Below are positions 30,403 through 39,259 of a stretch of 64,000 nucleotides of DNA, piece by piece. Under the pieces are notes generated by a model. The model was not told the DNA's origin and did not search any database. It worked only from the letters and a program-made list of their open reading frames with translations. Numbering within the stretch: position 1 is the stretch's first letter; every line of letters begins with the position of its first letter. Source of the DNA: an uncultured Bdellovibrionales bacterium (GTDB lineage Bacteria > Patescibacteriota > Minisyncoccia > Moranbacterales > UBA1568); the NCBI GenBank assembly GCA_964624415.1, contig CAZUWR010000001.1, positions 3,855-67,854 of the forward strand, read 5' to 3'. Both the position numbers and the translations under genes were made by a program.

Positions 30403-30912
30403 ATGATGATGCCTATGCGATTTTCATTGAAAGCATTTCTTTTTTTCGTAAGCGCCTCGATACTGGGTGTTGTTTCGGGTAATTTTGTGTCGAAATCTTT
30501 GTGGTATCAAGGCCCGGTCGTTTCCGTGGCATCGGCTGAAGATGATGAGTATGAAAATGAAAGTGATGATGATAATCGTTCGTCATCTTCCGGTACGTCG
30601 ACATCAGGCTCGAAAGCTACAGCGACAACTACGATGAAGCAAGTGGTACAGAATGTCACGACGTATAAGCAGGTCACCACAACCACAGAGGTTACTCCTG
30701 AAGAATATCAGAGGGATACGGATGGCGATGGGCTAGTGGATGCCATTGATCCCAATCCTTCCGTCAAGCAGAATGAGTTTTTTACTGATATTGATGGAGA
30801 TGGTGTCCCAAATGCCTTCGATAAGCACCATGATGAGGATGATTTTGCGTTTTTTGATGATATGGATACCGATACAAATAACAACGGCATACTCGATTCG
30901 TATGAGCAGTAA
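30403..30912 (+). CDS. secreted protein with thrombospondin-type-3-like Ca-binding repeats
   Basis: Signal peptide; DTDGDGLVDAIDPNP and DIDGDGVPNAFD repeats. Confidence 0.45.
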   Translation: MMMPMRFSLKAFLFFVSASILGVVSGNFVSKSLWYQGPVVSVASAEDDEYENESDDDNRSSSSGTSTSGSKATATTTMKQVVQNVTTYKQVTTTTEVTPEEYQRDTDGDGLVDAIDPNPSVKQNEFFTDIDGDGVPNAFDKHHDEDDFAFFDDMDTDTNNNGILDSYEQ

Positions 30913-30929
30913 TGGGTGAGTAATATTGT

Positions 30930-31856
30930 ATGGATGAATGGACGAGTGTCAGAAAAGAAGTGTTTGGGGATATTATGAACACGGACATTGTCTGTGAAAT
31001 TATGTGTATGAGGGGCGATGAGGACCAGGCCAAGCTTCTACTGGAAGAAACTTTCACGATGTTTCGTGATTTCGAGTCGCGGTATAGCCGATTTGTCAAG
31101 GAGAATGAATTGTGGCAGCTCAATATCAGCGAAAAAATAGCGGTTTCCGAGGAATTGTTCGAGATATTGCGTGAGGCGAAGCGGTATTATGAGATGACAG
31201 GAGGTATTTTTGATCCCAGTATACTGCAAGCGCTCGAGTCTTCCGGGTATGTTGGCGCGTACGATAGCCATTTTTTCTCTCAAGAACAGTGCGATTTTTC
31301 GCAAGTCATACTCGATGAATCAAAACTAATTATAACAAAACCCAAAAACCTGATGATTGATTTGGGGGGTATTGGTAAAGGATTCATAGTAGATAAGGCC
31401 GCACGCTTTCTTGGTACGCATTTTGAAAACGTGTTGGTTGATGCAGGTGGGGACATTGCGGTGCGAGGAGTGAATGTCAAGGAAGGGTATGCCTATTGGG
31501 CTGTTGATATTGAAGATCCAGAGCATCCGGAAGGATCCGTAGCGCTGCTTCTTTTGAAAGACTGCGCTGTGGCGACATCCGGCAGGAACCGCAAACGCTG
31601 GGTACAGGATGGTCGGACAAAGCATCATATTATCGATCCAGCGACCGGAGTGAGTGCTTCAGAGGAACTGCTCTCAGTGAGCGTCATCGCTCCGAACGCT
31701 ATAGAAGCCGATGTGTTTGCTAAGACGCTGTTTATCGCCGGCAAAGAAAAAGGGATGGCGATGGCCGAAGATTTGAAACTGCCGGCTGTATTCATCGACA
31801 AGGAAGGTCTGGTCACACGTAATCATTATACACAAACCTATGTTTGGAAACCGTAA
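30930..31856 (+). CDS. apbE: FAD:protein FMN transferase (ApbE family)
   Basis: DLGGIGKGFIVDKAARFL ApbE signature. Confidence 0.75.
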   Translation: MDEWTSVRKEVFGDIMNTDIVCEIMCMRGDEDQAKLLLEETFTMFRDFESRYSRFVKENELWQLNISEKIAVSEELFEILREAKRYYEMTGGIFDPSILQALESSGYVGAYDSHFFSQEQCDFSQVILDESKLIITKPKNLMIDLGGIGKGFIVDKAARFLGTHFENVLVDAGGDIAVRGVNVKEGYAYWAVDIEDPEHPEGSVALLLLKDCAVATSGRNRKRWVQDGRTKHHIIDPATGVSASEELLSVSVIAPNAIEADVFAKTLFIAGKEKGMAMAEDLKLPAVFIDKEGLVTRNHYTQTYVWKP

Positions 31857-32295
31857 TATTTTTTCTTTAAGTTCACATTTACTCATTATTGCGGCAGTGT
31901 TTGCGATGAGCACATGTACGACGCATGCCGCACTCAAAGATAGCGATGTGGACGGTATCACCGATGAGGCGGAAACCGCCACCTATAACACCAATCCGCA
32001 GAAAAGCGATACGGACGGTGATGGTTTTGATGATGGATATGAGGTGGTCAACCACACTGATCCGCTCGATGCAAAAAGCACGCCGTTTGCGGTACCGGAA
32101 ACTTCTTCCGGCGTGGTTCGCATCGCGCATTCCATACCGAACACGTGGCTGCTGGGTATACTTGGCGGAATGACAGTCATAGTTTTGCTCTCAGTGATGT
32201 TGCTGAGGCGTTTTCGCCCTCAAACGGAATCAGCTGTAGCGGCGCCAACACCAATACCATCGGTATCGGCATCGACACCACCCACTGTACAATAG
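31840..32295 (+). CDS. secreted TSP3-repeat protein with C-terminal membrane anchor
   Basis: Signal peptide, DSDVDGITDEAE / DTDGDGFDDGYE repeats, C-terminal TM followed by RRFRPQ. Confidence 0.45.
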   Translation: MFGNRNIFSLSSHLLIIAAVFAMSTCTTHAALKDSDVDGITDEAETATYNTNPQKSDTDGDGFDDGYEVVNHTDPLDAKSTPFAVPETSSGVVRIAHSIPNTWLLGILGGMTVIVLLSVMLLRRFRPQTESAVAAPTPIPSVSASTPPTVQ

Positions 32296-32359
32296 GACTC
32301 TTTGTATCGGCGTGATATACTAAACGAGTCAATAATTCATATATAATAGAGTTACATTT

Positions 32360-32635
32360 ATGGAAAAGAAAAATGTGGGAAAATGCGATCGAATGATACG
32401 CATCGTAGTCGGTATCGTATTGATTGTTCTGGCATTCAATGTGCTCAAAGGATTATTCTCAGCGCTCGCTTATCTGGTGGCGGCAATCGTTTTGGTGACC
32501 GGCTTGGCAAGGTACTGCCCGATGTATAGGGTTTTTGGTTGTGACTCAACTAAGTGCTGCTGCAAGATGTGCGGATCGTGCAAGAATGAGAATAAAGATG
32601 TATCGGTAGAGGAAGAGAAGAAAATGCAGGAGTAA
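32360..32635 (+). CDS. YgaP-like (DUF2892) membrane protein with Cys-rich tail
   Basis: DRMIRIVVGIVLIVLAF..VTGLARYCPMY pattern; C-terminal CDSTKCCCKMCGSCK. Confidence 0.5.
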   Translation: MEKKNVGKCDRMIRIVVGIVLIVLAFNVLKGLFSALAYLVAAIVLVTGLARYCPMYRVFGCDSTKCCCKMCGSCKNENKDVSVEEEKKMQE

Positions 32636-32795
32636 TGTGTCTGATATAAGTAACCATCTATAATCTTTTCGTTTTTTGCTTTTGTATAGTGTTCTTTCGA
32701 ACTGCCGGGTCAAAGACGAAAGGTGAGAAAAAATACTATCAAAAGCCAAAAAACCAAGAGGTAGAAGATTTTGAACAGTTGCTAAGAGTATTATT

Positions 32796-33146
32796 ATGAA
32801 AAAATACACGGGCAGTTGCCACTGCGGAGCAGTTCGATATGAGGTTGAAACGGATCTGGCAAAGGTTATCTCCTGCAATTGTTCGCATTGTCATAAGAAA
32901 GGATTTCTGCTTCATTTTGTGCCTGCGACGCAGTTCATCCTGCTTTCCGGGGAAGAGAATCTGACGGATTATCGGTTCAATACCGAAAAGATTGCGCACT
33001 TGTTTTGCAAGACATGCGGGGTGCAGTCATTTGGAAGAGGCGCGGGCAAGGATGGCGTGCCTATGGTGGCGGTAAACGCGCGTTGTCTGGATAATGTAGA
33101 TACCGACACACTGGAAGTCACTAAGGTGGATGGCAAGAGTATGTGA
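32796..33146 (+). CDS. GFA-family (CENP-V/glutathione-dependent formaldehyde-activating-like) zinc protein
   Basis: YTGSCHCGAVRY..CNCSHC..CKTCG motifs. Confidence 0.7.
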   Translation: MKKYTGSCHCGAVRYEVETDLAKVISCNCSHCHKKGFLLHFVPATQFILLSGEENLTDYRFNTEKIAHLFCKTCGVQSFGRGAGKDGVPMVAVNARCLDNVDTDTLEVTKVDGKSM

Positions 33147-33148
33147 CC

Positions 33149-33244
33149 TTGACAAAAGTCAATTATGGGTGTATAAAGAAATGTCTTATCAGTGAGATGC
33201 CTTACTGATCGAAAGACCAATGAAATTGAAATGAGGAGAAAAAG
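33149..33244 (+). promoter_or_regulatory. promoter (TTGACA-17-TATAAA) plus conserved inverted-repeat/hairpin leader, copy A
   Basis: Paralogous to 34171-34261: identical -35 and spacer core, conserved GTCTTATCAGTGAG..ACTGA..GAAAGACCAATGAA. Confidence 0.5.
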
Positions 33245-33415
33245 ATGGCCCTGTTACCGTATCCCATTGAGTGTCTTATTTGTAAATACATGAAAATGGA
33301 GGATCCTTGCCCTAGGTGTAAGGGCGAGCGTTCAGAAGATCGAGAACCTTCTGATGTCGAGATACAAAAACAACTCTTTGAACAGGATGTTGAGGAGGTT
33401 GCACAAAATTGTTAA
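33245..33415 (+). CDS. small Cys4 (zinc-ribbon-like) protein, 56 aa
   Basis: GAGGAG RBS; CLIC..CPRC motif; own terminator downstream; not in ORF track (<60 aa). Confidence 0.4.
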   Translation: MALLPYPIECLICKYMKMEDPCPRCKGERSEDREPSDVEIQKQLFEQDVEEVAQNC

Positions 33416-33423
33416 AAGGGTTC

Positions 33424-33460
33424 GCGTCGGAAGGTATATGCCATTCGACGCGCTTTTTTA
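33424..33460. terminator. hairpin terminator between convergent small gene and nrdG
   Basis: CGCGTCG..CGACGCG hairpin followed by T6 on + strand. Confidence 0.5.
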
Positions 33461-34168
33461 TTCCCGGATACTGATGGAATCGAGATAGGGAAGCATTGTT
33501 TTTCGGATGGCATGCAGGTCGAGCTTATGTGTACCGATACGCTCGCGGAGGGTTTCGTCGGCAATTTTGAGCGGGCGGAAAGCCTGGAGGACATAGCTTT
33601 CGGCGCCGGCGATCCACTGCGCGATATCGAGGAAATCTTCGGGCGTGTGGATGCTGGGGACGACGGTGGTACGAAATTCATACGGCATACCGGAGGACAT
33701 CAGCAGTTTCACGGACTTCTCGAAGCGTTTGATGGGGATGGATGTGACACCGGATGCGAGCGGATACTTTTTTTGGCTGTGCTTGATATCCATCGCCCAA
33801 AAGTCCACCAAACCCGTGGCGAGGAGCGCTTCCACCTTGTCGGGGAAGATGCCGTTGGTATCGAGCTTGACGAGAAAGCCAAGGTCTTTGACACGGCGGA
33901 TGAAGTCGAGCAGGTCGGCGTGCAAGGTGGGCTCGCCGCCGGTAATGACCACGCCCTCGAGCAGTCCTTGGCGGGTCGCGAGAAATTCGAAAAACTCCTC
34001 TTCGCGATTGACGGTGAACAATTCCGAGGGACTGCCCGGGACGGCAGTGATGAGCTCGGGGTTGTGGCAATAGGGGCAACGAAGCGCGCAACCGGGCGTG
34101 AACACGATAGTGGCCAAGTGATCAGGGTAGTCGATAAGGGTGAGCGGTTCGAAGCCAGCGATACGCAT
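33458..34168 (-). CDS. nrdG: anaerobic ribonucleoside-triphosphate reductase activating protein (radical SAM)
   Basis: CALRCPYCHNPE CX3CX2C radical-SAM motif close to N-terminus; small activase architecture. Confidence 0.8.
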   Translation of the reverse strand: MRIAGFEPLTLIDYPDHLATIVFTPGCALRCPYCHNPELITAVPGSPSELFTVNREEEFFEFLATRQGLLEGVVITGGEPTLHADLLDFIRRVKDLGFLVKLDTNGIFPDKVEALLATGLVDFWAMDIKHSQKKYPLASGVTSIPIKRFEKSVKLLMSSGMPYEFRTTVVPSIHTPEDFLDIAQWIAGAESYVLQAFRPLKIADETLRERIGTHKLDLHAIRKTMLPYLDSISIRE

Positions 34169-34170
34169 AG

Positions 34171-34261
34171 GATTGACAAAAGTCGGTTACGGGTGTATAA
34201 TACGGTGTCTTATCAGTGAGGAATCTGACTGAGGAAAGACCAATGAACGAGGAGAGTACAA
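34171..34261 (+). promoter_or_regulatory. promoter (TTGACA-17-TATAAT) plus conserved inverted-repeat/hairpin leader, copy B
   Basis: Paralogous to 33149-33244; sits in divergent intergenic region with nrdG. Confidence 0.5.
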
Positions 34262-34630
34262 ATGAATATAGCTTTTTTACAAGTACCAGAGATTGACGAT
34301 TTGGCCGCTTTTGAGGATTGGCTCAAAGGAGAGGGGTATTTTCTCTCACAGATAGCTATAGAAGCCACTGTGAAAGAAATGATAGAGATCGAGCATACAC
34401 CGTGTATCGTCGTGTCAGTAGATGATATTAGTTTAGATCCTAGTTTACTAGTGCTAGACTGTCACAATCAAAGATTTATTATTTGGAGCACTCTCGAAAA
34501 TGAACTTGCGAATATTTCTGATATGTTTGGCTACTCTTATTGGGTGGCGGTGAATGTGGAAAATCAAGAACAGGATCCTTTAACTGAATCAGATGATAAG
34601 GATGATTTGGAAAATTATCTTTGGAATTGA
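34262..34630 (+). CDS. hypothetical acidic protein, 122 aa
   Basis: GAGGAG RBS; strong terminator downstream; lies between nrdG and nrdD on opposite strand. Confidence 0.4.
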   Translation: MNIAFLQVPEIDDLAAFEDWLKGEGYFLSQIAIEATVKEMIEIEHTPCIVVSVDDISLDPSLLVLDCHNQRFIIWSTLENELANISDMFGYSYWVAVNVENQEQDPLTESDDKDDLENYLWN

Positions 34631-34635
34631 CGCCC

Positions 34636-34685
34636 GCGCGCCGGAGAGAGGTTAGCAACCTTTCTCCCGGCGCTGTTTTTTTATC
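34636..34685 (+). terminator. rho-independent terminator
   Basis: GCGCCGGAGAGAGG..CCTTTCTCCCGGCGC hairpin followed by T7. Confidence 0.55.
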
Positions 34686-34686
34686 C

Positions 34687-36900
34687 TCACATCCGTGTCG
34701 CTTCCGCAGTGGCGAGAGAGATGTCCGAGACATACTCATTGCGATCGCCATACTCGGCGCGCTTGCCATTGTTCCACTGCTCGACGGGGCGGATATAGCC
34801 CACGACGCGTGAGTAGACTTCGGCTGGGCGCTCGCAGTGCGGGCAGATCGGTTGTTCGCCGGTCAAGTAGCCGTGCTCGGCGCAGATGCTGAAGGTCGGT
34901 GTGAGGGTGAAGTATGGCAGACTGTATTTTTCGGTGATAAGCTTGACCAGTTTTTTGGCTGTTTCGATGCCGTTGATTTTCTCTCCCAAAAATCCGTGTA
35001 GCACCGTGCCTCCCGTGTAGAGGGTTTGGAGGCCGTCTTGCAGATCGAGCGCTTCGAAGATATCGCTCGTGTGCCCCACGGGAATATGCGATGAGTTGGT
35101 GTAGTATGGGGCGGTTTGCTCGGATTGTACGGAAGCCTCATTGGCCACGATAATGTCTGGGTGGAATTTCTTGTCCAAAAGAGCGAGGCGATAAGCGGTG
35201 CCTTCGGCCGGTGTGGCTTCGAGGTTGTAGAGATTGCCGGTTTCTTTCTGATAGCCTTCCAGACGCTTGCGCATATGCGTGAGGATTTTTTTCGCGAAGG
35301 CTTGGCCTTTGGCGGTAGTGATATCGACTTGCGCGCCGAGGAGATTTTGGATGGCTTCGTTGGTGCCGACCAAACCGATAGTGCCGAAGTGATTTTGCCA
35401 GTAGGTGCCGAAGCGTTCCTTGATAGCGGAGAGGTAGAATTTGGTGTAGGGGTACAGACCCTTGTCCGTGAGGCGCTCGACGACGGTGCGCTTCATCTCA
35501 AGGCTTGTCTTGGCAAGGTCCATCTGATGGTCGAGTCGCGCGAAGAAGTCTTTTTCACTGGAAGCAAGATAGCCCAGGCGAGGAAGGTTGATGGTCACCA
35601 CACCAATGGAACCGGTGAGGGGATTGGCGCCGAAGAGTCCGCCACCGCGCTTGCGCAGTTCGCGATTATCGAGGCGCAATCGACAACACATACTGCGTGC
35701 ATCATCGGGATGCATATCCGAATTGACGAAGTTGGCGAAGTATGGGATGCCGTATTTGACCGTCATCTCCCACACGGGATTGAAGCTCTTGTCGTCCCAA
35801 TCAAAGTCCTTGGTGATATTGTAGGTCGGAATCGGGAAAGTGAAGATGCGTCCCGAGGCATCGCCTTCTGTCATCACTTCGGCGAAGGCGCGGTTGATCA
35901 TCGCCATTTCTTTGGGAAAATCGGCGTAGGTTTCTTTCTGGACTTCGCCTCCGCGGACGACATGTTCTTTGGCGAGCATCGCGGGCGCGGTGATGTCCAT
36001 CGTGATATTGGAAAACGGTGTCTGGAAGCCGACGCGCGTGGCGACATTCATATTGAACACGAAGGATTGGATGTCTTGCTTGACCTGCGCGTAACTGAGT
36101 TTGTCGTAGCGGATGAACGGGGCGAGCAGGGTGTCGAAACTCGAGAAGGCCTGCGCTCCGGCCACTTCGCCTTGGAGAGTGTAGATGAAATTGACCATCT
36201 GCCCGAGGATGGCGCTGAAGTGTTTGGCGGGTTTGCACGCCACCTTGCCTGGGACACCGGTGAAGCCGCGACGGATAAGGTCTTGCAGATCCCAACCGCA
36301 ACAGTATGCGGCGACGAGCTGCAAATCGTGGATGTGCAGGTCGCCCGATTCGTGCGCTTCGCGGATATCGGCCGTGTAGATGCGATTCATCCAGTACTTG
36401 GCACTGATAGCAGACGAAACATAGTTGTTCAGTCCCTGGAGAGAATAAGCCATATTGGCATTTTCTTTGACCTTCCAGTCGAGATTGCCGAGATAGTTGT
36501 CGATGAGCGAGACAGCATTGTCCAGAGCGGTTTCCGCTTCGCGTGCTTGACGCCTTTGCTCGCGGTAGAGGATGTAGGCTTTGGCGGTTTCTTCGAAGTC
36601 CAGTATCATCAGGACTTTTTCGGTGCAGTCCTGTACATTCTCGATAGTCGGCACAAAGGATTTCTTGGTGGCTTTGTGAAAGGTGCGCGCCTGTTTGTCT
36701 AGGAGTGCGACGACTTTTTTTGAAATACGTCGCGCATCCTTAAGAGATCCTTCCTGAGTAGCTTTGAAAGCCTTGCTGACGGCTTGGGTTATTTTGTCCG
36801 CTTTGAAAGAAACTCTGCGGCCGTCGCGTTTGATGAGGTGTTTGACACAGACGGCTTTGGACGAAACAGTGGCGGACGGCGTGGCGATAGTGCGTGGCAT
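34687..36900 (-). CDS. nrdD: anaerobic ribonucleoside-triphosphate reductase (class III RNR)
   Basis: N-terminal ATP-cone (VKHLIKRDGRRVSF..KI), C-terminal glycyl-radical region SRVVGYIRPVEQWNNGKRAEYGDR and CPHC zinc site; start MPRT chosen, upstream ATG at 36960 possible. Confidence 0.9.
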   Translation of the reverse strand: MPRTIATPSATVSSKAVCVKHLIKRDGRRVSFKADKITQAVSKAFKATQEGSLKDARRISKKVVALLDKQARTFHKATKKSFVPTIENVQDCTEKVLMILDFEETAKAYILYREQRRQAREAETALDNAVSLIDNYLGNLDWKVKENANMAYSLQGLNNYVSSAISAKYWMNRIYTADIREAHESGDLHIHDLQLVAAYCCGWDLQDLIRRGFTGVPGKVACKPAKHFSAILGQMVNFIYTLQGEVAGAQAFSSFDTLLAPFIRYDKLSYAQVKQDIQSFVFNMNVATRVGFQTPFSNITMDITAPAMLAKEHVVRGGEVQKETYADFPKEMAMINRAFAEVMTEGDASGRIFTFPIPTYNITKDFDWDDKSFNPVWEMTVKYGIPYFANFVNSDMHPDDARSMCCRLRLDNRELRKRGGGLFGANPLTGSIGVVTINLPRLGYLASSEKDFFARLDHQMDLAKTSLEMKRTVVERLTDKGLYPYTKFYLSAIKERFGTYWQNHFGTIGLVGTNEAIQNLLGAQVDITTAKGQAFAKKILTHMRKRLEGYQKETGNLYNLEATPAEGTAYRLALLDKKFHPDIIVANEASVQSEQTAPYYTNSSHIPVGHTSDIFEALDLQDGLQTLYTGGTVLHGFLGEKINGIETAKKLVKLITEKYSLPYFTLTPTFSICAEHGYLTGEQPICPHCERPAEVYSRVVGYIRPVEQWNNGKRAEYGDRNEYVSDISLATAEATRM

Positions 36901-37111
36901 AATTGTGTTTTTATTAGGCAACCTGATGAATAAATTCCCCCAATAAACATTTTTCAACACGACGTCTTGTGGTAAAAAATGAAGAAACGCTACGACAGGT
37001 AGTGGTTTCTGACTCTATTATAGTCCTCTTGAGAAACTGCGCAAGTTTGGCTTTGCAGGGCTTAGGGTGTAAGATGGAAGGGAACTTCGTAACCATTTTT
37101 GTATCAATCAT

Positions 37112-37552
37112 ATGGAGATAAAAGAACTCGGACACATCGTTTTGTACGTGACCAATTTGGCTCGTTTGGCCGATTTTTACCGAGATACCCTAGGGTTTCG
37201 GGAAATCTCCCGCGACCGGCAGACAGCGCTTTTTTCCTCCGGTCGTACGCATCACGAGTTGCTCTTGATCGAAATCGGGGGCGCGCCGAAAAGCAAGCAC
37301 GGCGTCGAGCCCGGACTCTACCATATCGGGCTGAAAATAGGGGATAGCACGGAGAGTGTGAAGCAGGCCTACCAGGAATTGACAGAAAAGGGCGTGACCA
37401 TCGTCGGATCCGCCGATCACAGTGTTACTCACAGCCTCTATATTCTCGATCCTGACGGCAATGAACTGGAACTGTATGCTGATGTGTCCGATGAGTGGAA
37501 AACGAACCCCAAGGCCATTCTGAAACCGACGCAGTACCTTTCTTTGGAATAA
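37112..37552 (+). CDS. VOC-family (glyoxalase/bleomycin-resistance/dioxygenase) protein
   Basis: Paired beta-alpha-beta-beta-beta modules; HIVLYV..GLYHIGLKI pattern. Confidence 0.7.
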   Translation: MEIKELGHIVLYVTNLARLADFYRDTLGFREISRDRQTALFSSGRTHHELLLIEIGGAPKSKHGVEPGLYHIGLKIGDSTESVKQAYQELTEKGVTIVGSADHSVTHSLYILDPDGNELELYADVSDEWKTNPKAILKPTQYLSLE

Positions 37553-37556
37553 TCGT

Positions 37557-38132
37557 ATGATTTACACAGAGAAAATACTGCGAGCAATCAAATTCGCTAT
37601 CAAGACGCACGACGTCTATCAGAAGCAGACCCGCAAAGGAAAGGGTATTGCGTATATCACGCATCCTTTGACTGCAGGGATTATCCTCTCGAGCGCTGGT
37701 GCCTCCGAGGATGTGGTGGTGGCGGGGATTTTGCACGATACCATCGAAGATAGTATTTCCGAGAAAAAAGTGACCGAGGCGATGCTTTCAGAGCGATTTG
37801 GTGCGCATGTATCGCAATTGGTCTCAAGCGTAACAGAACACGATAAGGATTTGTCCTGGGATGAACGCAAGCAGGCAGCGCTCGAACATATCACACACTT
37901 TTCGCATGATTCGCTTCTGGTGAAATCGGCGGATATCGTCAGTAATGTGTCCGAGCTTATTGATGATTACGCACGGCATAAGGATGCGGTATTTTCCCGC
38001 TTCAATGCTCCGAAAGAAAAAGTGCTCAGACACCAAATAGCGATTATTGATGCCATTCTTTTGTGTTGGCCGGACAATCCTTTGGCGGCGGACCTGGCAT
38101 ATTTGCAGGATGGCTTGAGGATGATGCAATGA
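37557..38132 (+). CDS. HD-domain (p)ppGpp hydrolase-like protein (SpoT/Mesh1-type small alarmone hydrolase)
   Basis: HPLTAGIILS..AGILHDTIEDS HD motif arrangement typical of RelA/SpoT hydrolase domain. Confidence 0.6.
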   Translation: MIYTEKILRAIKFAIKTHDVYQKQTRKGKGIAYITHPLTAGIILSSAGASEDVVVAGILHDTIEDSISEKKVTEAMLSERFGAHVSQLVSSVTEHDKDLSWDERKQAALEHITHFSHDSLLVKSADIVSNVSELIDDYARHKDAVFSRFNAPKEKVLRHQIAIIDAILLCWPDNPLAADLAYLQDGLRMMQ

Positions 38133-38219
38133 GATCGTTTGCGATAAGGAAAAAGATTGACACTCGTTTTGATGTGGCGTACGATGGGAGCAGTTCTTTT
38201 TGAGAGGGTAGGTATAGGT

Positions 38220-38876
38220 ATGAAAAGGGTTATTGTAACCTGCGGCCCGCGTGGGGCTGGAAAATCAACGTTTTGTGATGCTGTAGCAGAAGCGTATCCT
38301 CATATACGCATAGTCAGCCGGGATGCGATCTCTTTAGAGCGTTTTGGAACCGTCTGTTTGGATCCACGTTCCGGATTGCAAGAGCGCGTGATGAAGCTGT
38401 CATATGCGGCAGTGCAGAATATTTTATCGGATACGTTTAGTGACAGTTTTATTATCTTCGATTGTTGGAACGGGTTTCCTCAGCAGCGCAGACAGATAGT
38501 GCGCAAACTCAGAAGACTAGGGGCTGAGAGCGTATGGGCATGGTATTTTATAACGCCGGTGGAGGTGTGTTCTGATTGGTTTTGCAAGCGTGAGTCTTTG
38601 GAGTACGGAGCACTGAGTGCAGAAGTTCTCGCGCAAAGATGCGTTGTGGGCTATGATCTGTTTCATGGTCAAGCGTATGATTTGAAGGAACAGTGCGATA
38701 CTTTGCTCGATAATAAGTACGAGGCTGGCTTGCCGCGAAGCTGCTCTGATGATGACGCATTCGATTATGTGCAATGCATCAACCCTGCGCAGAATCTATC
38801 ATTATTATCGGAGGTCTTACTCCCTATGAATCATAGTGGCATAAGCGGTTTTCACGATTATGCCAACATACATTAA
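38220..38876 (+). CDS. P-loop NTPase / predicted kinase
   Basis: Walker A GPRGAGKST near N-terminus; zeta-toxin/polynucleotide-kinase-like size. Confidence 0.5.
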   Translation: MKRVIVTCGPRGAGKSTFCDAVAEAYPHIRIVSRDAISLERFGTVCLDPRSGLQERVMKLSYAAVQNILSDTFSDSFIIFDCWNGFPQQRRQIVRKLRRLGAESVWAWYFITPVEVCSDWFCKRESLEYGALSAEVLAQRCVVGYDLFHGQAYDLKEQCDTLLDNKYEAGLPRSCSDDDAFDYVQCINPAQNLSLLSEVLLPMNHSGISGFHDYANIH

Positions 38877-38882
38877 TATATA

Positions 38883-38920
38883 GCTAGAGCACAATGGTGC
38901 CCTAGCTATTTTTTGTAAAA
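38883..38920. terminator. bidirectional hairpin terminator
   Basis: TAGCTAGAGC..GCCCTAGCTA followed by T6. Confidence 0.5.
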
Positions 38921-38940
38921 GAGTATCATTTGTAGGGATG

Positions 38941-39108
38941 TTACATTCCCCGAGCAAACTTATACGCGAAGTAGATGCCGGCGATGCCTCCGACACCGCT
39001 CCAAAAGACGGATTCCATCGAGAAAGCGCTACCACCCCACAAAAGAGGGAGGACACTGCCCGCGTAGGTGCCGATCATACCCCCCGTCATAACAATGGTT
39101 TTTTGCAT
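38941..39108 (-). CDS. small Gly-zipper membrane protein (55 aa)
   Basis: GGMIGTYAGS..GVGGIAGIYFAY motif; longer upstream extension in ORF track unlikely. Confidence 0.3.
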   Translation of the reverse strand: MQKTIVMTGGMIGTYAGSVLPLLWGGSAFSMESVFWSGVGGIAGIYFAYKFARGM

Positions 39109-39259
39109 ATCGCAAGTGTTAATACGTATGCTTTCAGTATAGCGTGATGCGGCTTTTGTGTCTAAAAGATGAGAAAGCGTGAGATTTTTCCCCTGCGGAT
39201 GCGTATGAGACTGTGTGGCAGATACAGAGTCTGGCACGTTAATATAATGTAATACAGAG

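Noticed and set aside
35116-36702. 528-aa + strand ORF
   Set aside because: It lies entirely antisense within nrdD. Long open antisense frames are expected from codon bias in GC-richer genes, and it has no RBS and no homology pattern.
36961-37111. NrdR box upstream of nrdD
   Set aside because: No tandem 16-bp palindromes resembling the NrdR box (acaCwAtATaTwGtgt) could be found, and no nrdR gene is seen in the window.
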